DNA of 64,000 nucleotides, from assembly GCA_001949185.1 (NCBI GenBank), contig BDGG01000005.1, positions 1,787,249 to 1,851,248 on the forward strand, in the 5' to 3' direction. The translations under genes were made by a program, and so were the position numbers. The notes below the pieces were generated by a model. The model was given only the letters and a program-made list of their open reading frames with translations, was not told where the DNA came from and did not search any database. Below, piece after piece: positions 26,401 through 37,205 of the stretch (position 1 is the stretch's first letter; each line of letters opens with the position of its first letter). This DNA is from Ramazzottius varieornatus. Its lineage: Eukaryota > Animalia > Tardigrada.

Positions 26401-27002
26401 CAGTACTGGAATTTTGCCAGGTAGGGAAAGTGTAATTCCATAACATCTCCCATACAAATTTTATTGCTGCTCTGCTGTACTGCTTCTTCGAAAAAAAACA
26501 TTTTAATTTCGACAGCCCGCCAGGCAAACAGTCTCGGCAGAATTGCTTTCCCAGTTGGCATACTTTCTTCATGCTTTTGGTTGGCAGCGTGCGCCACTTG
26601 GAAAAATCAATCTTGTCGAGTTATCATTTTGAATATCTCTCGCGAGCTTAGATTTCGTTCGCCGTCATTACCCTTGTCGTTGTTGTTTGGCATTCACTTT
26701 GACAGGTTATTGAGAGTTCCGACGTGCCAGCCGGTGTAATCAACGTTGTGACCGGAAACCAGGAAAACTTGGCCAAGATGTTGGCTCTTCACCCCAACGT
26801 TTCAGCCGTGTGGGTTAGTGACAAGTCGAGTGTCACTGAAAGTTCCTGGACGGCTCTCCAGAAAGCTGCACTGTCATCGGGCCAAAAGCTGTGGGTGTTT
26901 TCTGCTGAAGATGTGACGGACTTGACTCCAAAGTCGGTTCGCCAGCATGCTACTCGACCAAAGCACATTTGGATTCCCGCGACGGACAGCTTCGCGAACT
27001 AG
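23462..27002 (+). CDS. ALDH16A1: Aldehyde dehydrogenase family 16 member A1-like (two-module ALDH), probably catalytically dead
   Basis: ITDFADLHSAV, LIQESIFD, PFRTMKEAVSLANN, IDKTYKMFYGGGQKRP, RSQIVFYLAENL, PAGVINVVTG and KHIWIP. The second truncated ALDH module is characteristic of ALDH16. Confidence 0.88.
25167..25287. repeat. Palindromic intronic element copy 3 (ALDH16A1 intron)
   Basis: CGGCAAACAGACTCGAC..CCCAAGTGGCGCA-N27-TGCGCCACTT..TTTGTTTGCCGAGCTCC. Confidence 0.9.
26516..26640. repeat. Palindromic intronic element copy 4 (ALDH16A1 intron)
   Basis: TTTCCCAGTTGGCATA-N27-TGCGCCACTTGGAAAA..TCTTGTCGAG. Confidence 0.85.
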
Positions 27003-27613
27003 GCTGAAAGCAGAATAATAGTTTGACCAACGGTTTGATTATTTTATCCGCTATTGTTTACTGCCTCCATACGCCAAATTATCTTCCCCCGAATCGCGGA
27101 AGAACAGCAATATCTTAACCTGCAATGTGATTTTCCCATGCCATGTTTCCTGCCTTTGAAAATACTCTGCAATTTTATTCCGTCGGTATTTTATTCTGGC
27201 CGCTCAGGAAGTTTATCTTTGCACGTCTTGGCTACTGTCTTGACTTGGTTTCTAGATCCATAGAACTCTTTGAGAAGTGAAACATTGGCGGAAAGAGGCT
27301 GGTCTGTTCTCGGCTCTCACCAGCTTATGGTTGACCACGCCCTTTTGGATATTAGGCTGGTTTGATACTCATTTGCCTGTCGCAAGACCACCTAGACAGA
27401 TCTGTCCACGTCAGCTTCCCTTCAGAAGGATCTCTATTACGACCTTCCTCGATACAGAATATCGAGAGCGAGCTTTCAGTTTCTTTTCGAGGCTCGTTTC
27501 CATCTTTCGGGGGCAGTGGCCACCGTAGTAGCGCCGCATCCACCTCTGCCACACCGCATATGTGGAAGTTAGGATAGTGTGGTGTTAGTTAGCTGGCTTT
27601 TCATTCAAGCAAA

Positions 27614-27928
27614 ATGTTTGGACCCGGGACATCTCTGAAGAATAGCGCAAAGACCAACGCAGCTTCGGCTCCTCGGAACCAGTCCCTGAACTTGGCCTTC
27701 CAGGACCTTCGCCGGCTGATCCCCACAGAACCAATTAGCCGGAAGTTGTCCAAGATTGAGACGCTTTACCTCGCCTCCAGTTACATTTGCCACCTCCACG
27801 CGGTTTTACACCGTCGACAAGCCAGCTTCGGTTCTAGTCGTCCAGACGAAACAATTCGGAATGGACCAACTTTCACCTGCGGACCCACCTGCACCTTTTG
27901 CGTCAGCTCGAAGAGACGAAAAACTTGA
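27614..27928 (+). CDS. Paraxis/scleraxis (TCF15/SCX)-family HLH protein with degenerate basic region
   Basis: QSLNLAFQDLRRLIPTEPISRKLSKIETLYLASSYICHL plus the C-terminal CTFCVS motif. The basic region reads NAASAPR instead of NARERDR. Confidence 0.85.
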   Translation: MFGPGTSLKNSAKTNAASAPRNQSLNLAFQDLRRLIPTEPISRKLSKIETLYLASSYICHLHAVLHRRQASFGSSRPDETIRNGPTFTCGPTCTFCVSSKRRKT

Positions 27929-29156
27929 AGCCAACTGTACGACATCTTCTTGTTCGAATAACCCAGTTCCTGATTGCAGTTCCAGTTTCCATTACCTCCG
28001 CTAGTACCCCAATACGGATTTACGCCTTGCTTACTATACAATGTTCTTCCATTTTATTTCTCGACAGGATGAATCGTTATTCAAATTCATTCATTCGCGC
28101 TGGTTTACACAGTTGTCAAGTCAGTGGCATCAAGCTTTGGTTCTCACAGTTGGCCACCGATTAAACATGACAAATTAAGGAAGTCAACATCATTACGAGC
28201 GCTTCTCACAATGAACGAGGTATCGTTTTAGTGTTATGACAAGATGGTAATTACCGCGCCGTGAGTGGGAACTGCCTTCGTCACTGACAGCCGGAAACCC
28301 GATCTGGCTCGGGATCCATTTCGGTGCAGCTCGCTGACCCTTTGTCCCTGCCGGTACAACTGCCCTGTCTCTGGTGTGTAATGGCTACTCCGAGGGACGT
28401 TTACCGTTACAGGAATCGCAACGATGTCGTTTTCAACAACTGACAACTGGACACGTCACACGTCGAAAACTGCAATGAGAAAACGAGCAGCCTGCCAATT
28501 GCGCAAGATTTCAGTAACTGGAAAGATACTACCGTAATTCAGGTATTTCGATAGCGCGTCAGTACCGCACTTTACAGCTTCGGAGTGGTAATAACCGTTC
28601 TGGACTGAGAGGTGTCTGTATATTTATACCGGCGCGAGGCCCCACGCAAGAACCGAACCGGCTTTCGTTGTTTTATTTATCGAAACGGTCTCTCAACGTT
28701 CCTTACAACCCCACGTACAGCCTGTGGTACGTCATTTATACACTGCTGGAAGTGGACAGTGGTGCGATATATACACAAAACGGATCGAATAAATGTTGTG
28801 TTGATGTCATCGATTGTATCACTTGTATTTTTTGTGGGGTTCATCAAGTTTTCATCGGAAGTCCCATTGTCCAAACACTAATCCGGATTGTTACAATTTT
28901 CAACACCATTAATATACGAGAGAGTGAGGAAATGTCACGGAAAGCGCGGCTTCGTAAGCGACCTCGTGTCAGATAAGATATAAACAATTCAAGTGCCTCT
29001 GATTCAGGTCTCGTCTTTTCATTAATCATTTACACTTTGTGGTAAGAGACCAACTCCGAGTCATCCAAAACATTGTTACGCTCTACAACTTGGTCGGCCG
29101 GACTTCATGGAATAATTTACCGAAACATTTTGCGGAATTTTTCAACCATTTTTATC

Positions 29157-30554
29157 ATGGATGGCTTCCGGTGGATCTACCTTCTGTTCAGCTGCAGCCT
29201 ATGGTATCTGACGAACGGTCGTACTACCGACTGGGACGCTGTCAACCATGCCGGTGATCTCCCGCATAACGTCCTCCATCCTCCCAAAGACTCGTCACCG
29301 TACCGCACCAAATTACTTACTCCAAAATCATTCCCTCTTATCACGAGTTCTCTGCACGACAAACATGACCAGATGTTCTTCGCCGACTACGACCTAATCG
29401 AGACTGTCCATGTAAGTACCCTGAAACTAGTGACATCCCTGATAACGATTTGTACTTCCTGCTTTTTGACTATTTCAAGTGGCGCACGTTTTCATTGCTG
29501 AAAACTGAAAGCGTGCGCCGCTTTTGGTCTACCTCAACTGACGCTGTTCGCTGTGCTTTGCTGAGAGCGTGCGCTACTTGAGTTAACCTTCGCGTACGTT
29601 TCGTTTTGCCGGTCTACCATTTGAAAGTACATTCAAATGCATTTTATTTTCTCTAGAACACTTCCGCGTTCGATCCTGACGAACCCGCTCTTGGTTTTTC
29701 GGCGAGCCAGAGAAGACATTGTGGGGAAAAGTGTGTGAGAGGACTGTCCGGTCTGTGCATCTGTCCACCGATCGCGATGAATGCCAGTGATCCGTTGAAA
29801 TCCGAGACGGACAGTGTGACATCAGCTGCCACATCACGGCCACCCACGGAACGAGCCTCCATCATTGCACATACCAGTCATCGCGCAAACCAGCTTCATC
29901 CATCACCTGCTACTGCGCATCATTCCGGACAGTTAAATCAACTATCGTCACTGCCGATCGAAGACCCTTTGCGAAGGTTCAGACGGATACGCCGTGTCAA
30001 AAGGGATGAAGATGACGAGGTACTGTATTCCCTCGAAAGTTCTGCGCAGTCACATGACTGCCCCATAAATTAGGTCCGGGTGATCGTGGTACAGTGAGCA
30101 GGTCCCGGGGATTGTTTTATGGGCCTGCCATGTGACTGCGCAGAAATTCCGAGGGAATACACTACCATACTTGCGAGCTCGCCAAACCGACTCGACTAGA
30201 TCGTTCTTCTCAAGTGGCGCGCGCTTTCAGCCATTTTGGACAAACTCGAAAAGAATCTTCCCAAGTGGCGCACTCTTTCAGTCAATAACACCGAAAGCGT
30301 GCGCCACTTGGGCAAAATAATCTCGTGTAGGGAAAACGATCTGGTCGAGTTTGTACTGAGAGCTCCCATTTTACTAGGCAGCCAAGCAACTTTTTTCCTG
30401 CGGTTTCCATATCATTTTGTTCTCACAGGAAGAGAAGAAGCTCTGCAGATGCCGAACATGCACCAAACTCTTCAAGAGAACATTATACTGTAGAGTTTTT
30501 CCATGTCATCAGAAGAAATGCAAGAACGGCGAATGGAGAGGCGCGCCTCCTTGA
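29157..30554 (+). CDS. Secreted prepropeptide with furin site and C-terminal cationic 6-Cys peptide (exons 29157-29411, 29657-30019, 30429-30554)
   Basis: Signal peptide MDGFRWIYLLFSCSLWYLTNG. Two phase-0 GT-AG introns give an uninterrupted ORF ending RRIRRVKR-DEDDEEEKKLCRCRTCTKLFKRTLYCRVFPCHQKKCKNGEWRGAPP*. Confidence 0.72.
29472..29582. repeat. Palindromic intronic element copy 5, plus adjacent degenerate core (secreted-peptide gene intron 1)
   Basis: CAAGTGGCGCA-N27-TGCGCCGCTT followed by CAACTGACGCT..TGCGCTACTTGAG. Confidence 0.8.
30173..30367. repeat. Palindromic intronic element copy 6, nested/double (secreted-peptide gene intron 2)
   Basis: Outer arms GCGAGCTCGCCAAAC..AAGTGGCGCG and GGGAAAACGATCTGGTCGAG..GAGCTCCC enclose a complete inner CCAAGTGGCGCA-N27-TGCGCCACTTGG. 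Confidence 0.88.
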
Positions 30555-30816
30555 TGGAATAGCCTTGTGTAATTTATGCTCTGTCATTAAAAGTATGAAT
30601 CTTTATGCAAGAATCACTTCTGGCTGAAAGCTATCTGAAAGAAGAAAAAAAATTGGTAAAAAAGAGGAACGTCTCAGCAGAATACTCTCGATAAAAAATC
30701 GACTTGGCAAGTTGGCACCGCTAAATGCGTGAAAGTCGGGAAACTTCAAATACGAACTCACATCGGTATGCATAATACAGTATAAGAGCTTAGAGATTAG
30801 GCCAAGAGAGACTTGA

Positions 30817-33550
30817 TCAAACGAAACTACCCAAACTTCGGTGCACGCTACTGGTTCTCTTGCTCTCACGACCGGATCGACTCTTCTTTGCAGCAGGGCC
30901 TTCGGGTTTCTGAGCAGCCGACGATGTACCGGGTCCATCTTCCGGATGAGCACTTGCAGCGCGAGGCCGCTTCTTACCCTCAAACTCTCCACGGTTCTTG
31001 CAAAGTAAGGCTACTGTACCATCGATGAACATCTCTACATCTTCCTCGTCAAAGTTCAGATTGCTACACAAGCGAAGTAAAAACTGTAAGAACTATGAAG
31101 CCAGGGTGAAATATAATTATGCAAAGTAGCTTACTTGATGCTTTCCATCACAACATGGCACACGATTTGGGTCTTCATATTGTATTCTTCCAACACCGAC
31201 GCTGAATCTTCCATGTTAGATTCCGAGTTAATCGTTGTCAGCAGGTGCATGACGTCAGCTTCCAGTGAAGCCTTTCTCCTGGAACACGAGAGTATCTCTA
31301 CAAACTTAAACATACTCCAGTATATAGTGTTTACACTCGTACCTGTAGTAGGAGGTTTTGAGACGTTTCTCCAGGAACTTCAGAGGCACGGGATATGGCA
31401 CAGACGAGCCGAACCGCCACTTCTTTTCGTTCAATGCCGCAGGAAGACCGGCCATTAGACCCTTTTTGAGAAGACAGCCTATGATTCGAAGTATACGAGC
31501 TTTGAAGACTTGCCTATCAACAGGCCAGTCTTCGGGCTCTGGCTGGTACGAAGTTTCGCGCAGTTCGGACATGGTCAGTGGCAAATCGTGCTTCACCTCT
31601 TGAGCTGCAACGGAGCAAGTTTTTCAACGTGGGTTCGGGAGTAAAGACAACAGTTCTGAAGTTTGAAGAAAAACTTACCTCCGTCTGCATACAGAAAGAC
31701 TTGCCACAGACTGACAGTGTCTTCCTCAGGGTACAGAACACACTTCGGTCACCCATTTGAAGCCATCGTAGTCCTTTGGCAACTTGTAGTCAATTTTAGC
31801 TGAAGCTTGAGCCTTGCGGAGTTCAGCTATCACGCTATTGCTGGTCTTGCCCTTCCTGCTGGGCTTCATCGGAGGAAGCTTCTTCGAGAAACCTGAAATA
31901 CAAGTAGATTTGCATCCCTGCTTTGAAGAATTTTTTCTTAAATGTGATCGAATTTTGTGAATTATTTTCAAATACATCTTCTGGCTGATTTCACAGTTCT
32001 ACAGAAGTACTTCCGGTTACCTATGGCTCCCGAAGAAACCTGCGGCGTCTTCGAAGCTTTCGGCGGAGTGTTCTTTCTTTCCTTTGCAGGTGTAGTAACC
32101 ATACTAGTCGTAGCTGCCGTGTCGGCCTTGCTCGGAGTGATCTGCTGCGCCTTCTTGTCGTTCTGAGCTGATTTCTTAGGGGTCTTACGCACCGTATATC
32201 TCTCGAAGAGCTTCTTAGTTCGAACTGCTTTCTTGACTTTCTTCAGCAACCGTGAGCCAGGTTTCCCTTCCAGCCGGAAAGAAGAACTCGCAATCTGACT
32301 TTCAAGGTCAGAAATGTTTCCAGTCGTGTCTTGACTGCAAATGTCGGAATGCACCGTAGAATCCACTTCTTCACCTGAAAAAGAAACCACTGATCCAGAA
32401 TACGTCAAACATTTTCCCATTTCCAACTGCTTCTCAAAATTACGAGGCCGATATCAATGACATGAACAAGGTAACAAACTCAACGAGATCGTTCTTCCAA
32501 GTGACGCACGCCATCAGCCAATAACACTGAAAAAATGCGCCAGTTGGGATAACAATCTTGTCGAGTTTGTTCGCAGAGTTCTCTCGTGATATTGTACCTT
32601 GAGTAGAAGAGTACAGCGGCATGCCAGACTGGGACATAGTATCCGCATGCAAGTCTTGAGCCAAAGGCAGGATCGTTTGGCTGGGCGAAGTGGAAGAGAC
32701 GCAAAGTAGACCTGACTCGGGCAGATCATCGAGAGATCTCTGTTCATCCTTCACATCACCTAAAGCAGTTTCTGATACAGCGCCTGTGATTTCTTGAGAC
32801 TCCAAAAGCTCCGTGGCGTTAGCTGACGTAACCGGAAACGATGGACCATCGATTGTATCGAAGTCGAAGAGGGACCAGTCCAGCTCGGGTTTGACAGACT
32901 CGACCGTGGAATGCTGGACTTCTACAACGACAACAACAGAAGATAAGACTTGTCGATCAACCAGGGTTGAGGATTAAGGGAAATAACTGAGTTAGTTCGG
33001 AGCCTAGTTTTCACTTGCAACTATTTGCTACAAGCCCCGAAGTGCGACTTGAGATATTCGGGTAACCTTTGGGACTAGCGTACCTTTGGGTGGTGCAAGC
33101 AACTTCTCTTCGGGCTCTGCGATCTCCTCCGCCAAGAAGTCAAGATCGATTTCTGTAGAACCGGCTGCGTTAGCGAAGTAACGTTGCAGGCCATTTTGAA
33201 GCATGAAGTCAGATTCAACCACACACTGGACATTATCCTAATCTGCTAACACAAGACAATGTGCGAAACCATGTCGTGAGCTTGTCGCTTTCCATCTTTG
33301 GTCTTGTGTGGCTGTGCTGGCTGTTCCACCAGAAATCCTGTCCACAGTATCCCTAAGACATCATCCGAAAGATAAGAAACCCCGTTAGTCCGGGAATATG
33401 TTCCAAGGTAGCTTGAAGATAGGAGCTTCGCGGGAATCGCGGGAGAATAACATGGCAGCCAAACGAGTTAGAACGTCTCGCTGAAACGAAACAGCTGATG
33501 GGCTGATTAGTGATCACCGTCGCAACATAAAATTTCACTTCAGCATCGAT
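30817..33550 (-). pseudogene. Degenerate PHIP/BRWD-like gene (bromodomain remnant, no WD40)
   Basis: YQPEPEDW...VPYPVPLKFLEKRLKTSYYR|RRKASLEADV resembles PHIP bromodomain 1 ([21 protein letters not shown]). The N-terminal EVKFYVATVI..VILPR resembles the BRWD N-terminus. A stop interrupts KWVTEVCSVP* near 31726. Confidence 0.55.
32469..32583. repeat. Palindromic intronic element copy 7 (minus-strand PHIP-like intron)
   Basis: GATCGTTCTTCCAAGTGACGCA-N27-TGCGCCAGTTGGG..TCTTGTCGAGTTTGTT. Confidence 0.87.
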
Positions 33551-33594
33551 CTTCGGCTGATTTCACCACAAAGCTTGATTGAGAGGCGAAAAAG

Positions 33595-33666
33595 GGGAAC
33601 GCAAGGGATTTGAACCCTTAACCTTTCGATCTGGAGTCGAACGCGCTACCATTGCGCCAGCGCTCC
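33595..33666 (-). tRNA. tRNA-Trp (CCA), atypical acceptor stem and C73
   Basis: GGAGCGC TGGCGCAATGGTAGCGCG TTCGA CT-CCA-GA TCGAA AGGTT AAGGG TTCAAAT CCCTT GCGTTCC C folds into a full cloverleaf with A/B boxes. A T5 terminator follows. Confidence 0.85.
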
Positions 33667-34142
33667 ATAACCCGACCACTCTGGCAACATCCTGCTTCAG
33701 GGTAAAAGGGGCGGATCCGCCTTTCGCTATGGGACAGAAGTACCCGCTGTACGGCCACCAGCGACACTTAGGCTGCACCGTTAAACGGTAGTACTACAAC
33801 GGAAACCGTCAGATTGGACGCAAGTGCGCCCCGCAATATAGACGCAGGCGGCAGTTTCGCCAGACTGGCAATCGTCTCTTGTTGTGGTTTCCGCCCAGTT
33901 GGCATTCCATTCCAACCATGATTCACAATATAGAGTTTGCGAGGACAGGTCAGGTCTCATAAACTGCCCTCATATTTGCGACTCTCACGGTGTAGTCTCA
34001 GATTTGGACAAATCAACTCCGCCCCAAGCGCGTTTTATGAGAGTCAAAAGTGACATCATCACCCGTGCATGCAAAGAAATTCGCCTCGCGGTCTCACGTT
34101 TATGCACTCTCATATCGCAATGCTTGCTCTGCCGACCGGAAG

Positions 34143-34949
34143 TAGTGATGTTCTAATGTAGTAAAATTATATTGAAGTAGATGATAGTAGATGGTTTGAA
34201 CATCCACTTTATTGAGTAATATTTAGTAAACAGAATTGGGCACCGCATTCCAATATTTATATTTTAGTAGCTTGAAACCGGAAGCGCGATGTTTTATTAT
34301 TATTGAGTTGTCCATCATCTATAGTAAAATATATTTTAATACGGGTTAACGCTACCGCTGAGTCGAAAAACTGCTTGATTTGCTGAATACTGATGAGTGT
34401 GCGTTGGCTTCTCGATGTGCGACCACGCCTTATAAAGTGTGCCACACCATAATGATGCCTCTACAGTAGCACAGTAGGGCTACTGCATGCTCTCCCGAGC
34501 TTCACGTACGTCACTTTTAAGGTNNNNNNNNNNNNNNNNNNNNNNNNNNNNNNNNNNNNNNNNNNNNNNNNNNTACTGCAAAATGAATACCCTTAAACAT
34601 CGCGCACAGTAGCCCTACTGTGCTACTGTAGAGGCATCATTATGGTGTGGCACACTTTATAAGGCGTGGTCGCACATCGAGAAGCCAACGCACACTCATC
34701 AGTATTCAGCAAATCAAGCAGTTTTTCGACTCAGCGGTAGCGTTAACCCGTATTAAAATATATTTTACGATGGATGATGGACAACTTGATAATAATAAAA
34801 TATGGTACTTCCGGTTTCAAGCTACTAAAATATAGATATTGGAATGCGGTACCCAATTCTGTTTACTAAATATTACTAAATATAGTAGATGCTCAAAACA
34901 TCTACTATCATCTAGTATAATATAATATTACTATATTAGAACATCACTA
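34143..34949. mobile_element. AT-rich foldback element: ~340-bp inverted arms around an N gap
   Basis: 34143-34485 is the imperfect reverse complement of 34607-34949. This produces the near-identical spurious ORFs 34257..34445(-) and 34647..34835(+). Termini are TAGTGATGTTCTAA...TTAGAACATCACTA. Confidence 0.78.
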
Positions 34950-35419
34950 ATCTCTGCTCCACATAATCTCGCTGACAAGGGATTCACGCCAGTCTGTCCA
35001 CTCTGATTTTCAAACAAATACGACACTGAGATAGAGATAGACTAAATTGGGGGAATAAAATCCGGAAGACACCGCAGGAAGCAGAAGTGACGTCAAAATC
35101 CAGGGCAGATCATCAGTGCAATAGTAAATCAACCGATTTGATTGCCTACCGGTTGATTTCATATTGATTAATCCCGCTGCACCTGCACTGACTGCTCAGC
35201 TGAGTGCAACCTGTTTTGTTGTACCTGTTCCTTCTTTGCTCTTACCTTCTTCGTTTCGTTACTGAGTAATCTGTACACGTGGCCGCTATGGATTCCGTCA
35301 ATCCGTTGAACGTTCTGAAGCCTCTGCAGGACGACTATAAGCAGTTCTTCCAACTGGACGATCCACCGAGCGAGGCTGACACGCAGCTGAAGACACTGGT
35401 TAAAGCTATTATTGCCGTT

Positions 35420-35500
35420 AACAATACCAAACATTGCAGTAAGATACTCCACTAGCTTCTCTTCTTACTCCAGAGTTAACACCTTGAGCACGGGGCGGCA
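35420..35500 (-). mobile_element. Possible pogo/Tigger transposase (CENP-B-type HTH) fragment
   Basis: RPVLKVLTLE*EEKLVEYLTAMFGI resembles the pogo motif VLT.EEE..LV.Y+. The match is short and interrupted by a stop. Confidence 0.3.
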
Positions 35501-35999
35501 AACGCACTTTCCCAGCGCACAATCATTTGTGCGTAGCGAGTTTCCACTTTACCTTTTGCTCCCCGATTTTTTTCCTTTTGCGCGGACAATCAACCCTTCT
35601 TGAAACTAAAACTAGCGGCTACTGGACACTGGCTCTGCAAAGCTGTGTGGAAGTTTTTTCCTTTCTCAACGACATTTCGGCGTAGCCAGCAAATAACTCT
35701 CCAGCCAGGCTCTCAGTTAGTCCAGAGTCACCAAAATAATTGTTGCGCGAGCCCAAACATTTCAATATCTTGCGACAGTTTTAGATTCGTGGAAAGATCT
35801 GCCCAGTGGTCATTCAAAAAAACTTTGAAGCCTGGCCGTTTTGAGTTGGCAGGTGGCGCACTCTACATCATATTCCAAAATTTAGCCAATCGAAGAGGTG
35901 GTGATTGGTGTAATTTGGCATCGCCCAGTTAAAGCAAGGCAAAAGTGACTTTCCCGCATCGTACTCTGAAAGCACGAAATCGCGCAGTGCTCACGGTGT

Positions 36000-36119
36000 T
36001 ACTGTATGCTCTCCCGAAATTCACGTACGTCACTGTTTTGGTCACCGTATGACAACTCTTTCTCTAGTTTTACACTCTGAATGGAGTGACGAACGTGAAT
36101 TGCGGGAGAGTATACAGTA
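36000..36119. mobile_element. 120-bp TA-flanked MITE (Tc1/mariner-like); partial copy at 34481-34515
   Basis: TA-CTGTATGCTCTCCCGAAATTCACGTACGTCACT ... AGTGACGAACGTGAATTGCGGGAGAGTATACAG-TA terminal inverted repeats. Confidence 0.75.
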
Positions 36120-37106
36120 ATGGATATCAAAATCAACCAAGCTGGAGTGCAGCGGGATCAATCAATATGAAACCAACCAGTAGGCAATCAAATCGGTTGA
36201 TTTACTATCACACTGATGATCCGCCCTGAATTTGACGTCACTTCCGCTTCCTGCGGTGTCTTCCAGATCTTATTCCGCCGATTCAGTCTATCTCAGTGTG
36301 TGGGTGGCAAACTCTCCTCTATCTTTCTGTCGTATTTGTTTAAAAATCAGAGTGGACAGACTGGCGTAAATCCTTGTGAGCTCTCGGGACCTCTTCTGCG
36401 TGCTGTAGGAACATAGCACCGCGATCCTCTCCTCTCACTAGTGATTTGGATTGTTGACAGGGTATTGGTACAAAATCATTATCAAAACTGGAAGGAATAG
36501 TGGGAAGTCTATAAGGCACAACCTGTTCACGTTTCTTGTTTTTTCACAGGATATTGTTTTCAATTGGCGTCCTCGCTGGCCAGCTCCAGAATGGCATCCG
36601 GCTTCGCATGGAAGCTGGATTCGGTCCCGGATACTGCACGTTATCCGAAATTACGGATGGAACGAATCTACGTCGAAGATGAAACCCGACTGCAGATGGC
36701 TTACGTCCTGAACCAGATCAAGGACGAATTTCGAAAATCTACGGGAGCGGTGTGGCACAGCCGACTTCGTTTATTCTCAAGATACGTGGTAAGTTCGACG
36801 AACATTCAGCTTGTCTTGTGCCGCACGATCTTATGTGTAACTCTGTGGGCTTTCCAGAAAGGACGGAGTATTCGCTCGGATCCTCAGTGACGACACGCTG
36901 CGCCAGGCAGTTGCAGAACTGGACGAGCAACAAAAGGCTTCCCGACTTCTCTTCGAAGCCACAGCTGTCTACTCAGAACAAGGTGAGAACCTTAAAGCCG
37001 ATTCTCTTTTTACAGACGTTTCGGGTACCTGGTCAGATGATAATTAAGTTTGTTTTGTACCGGTTAACTGAAATACTCATGATGTTTAAGCAACGACTGG
37101 CAACTG

Positions 37107-37205
37107 GAAGCTCGGCAAAAAATATCGACAAGATTGCTTTCCTAATGGCGCACGTTGTCAGTGTAATTGCTGCAAAAGTGCGCCACTTAGAAAAACGATT
37201 CTGTC
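37107..37205. repeat. Palindromic element copy 8 (probable intron)
   Basis: GAAGCTCGGCAAA..TCGACAAGATTGCTTTCCTAATGGCGCA-N26-TGCGCCACTTAGAAAAACGAT. Confidence 0.85.

Larger units (their letters stand above)
34971..36381. repeat. ~210-bp inverted repeat pair (34971-35182 and 36147-36381) carrying an ETS-CRE composite motif
   Basis: The two blocks are imperfect reverse complements separated by ~965 bp. Each contains GGAAGC(G/A)GAAGTGACGTCA. Confidence 0.8.

Noticed and set aside
28234-28874. Possible spliced minus-strand gene (QNGYYHSEAVKCGTD...LSVVENDIV)
   Set aside because: The plausible splice gives an in-frame TGA and no family is recognisable.
34257-34835. Two near-identical 62-aa ORFs on opposite strands
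   Set aside because: They are a by-product of the foldback arms, start with GTG and show no protein features.
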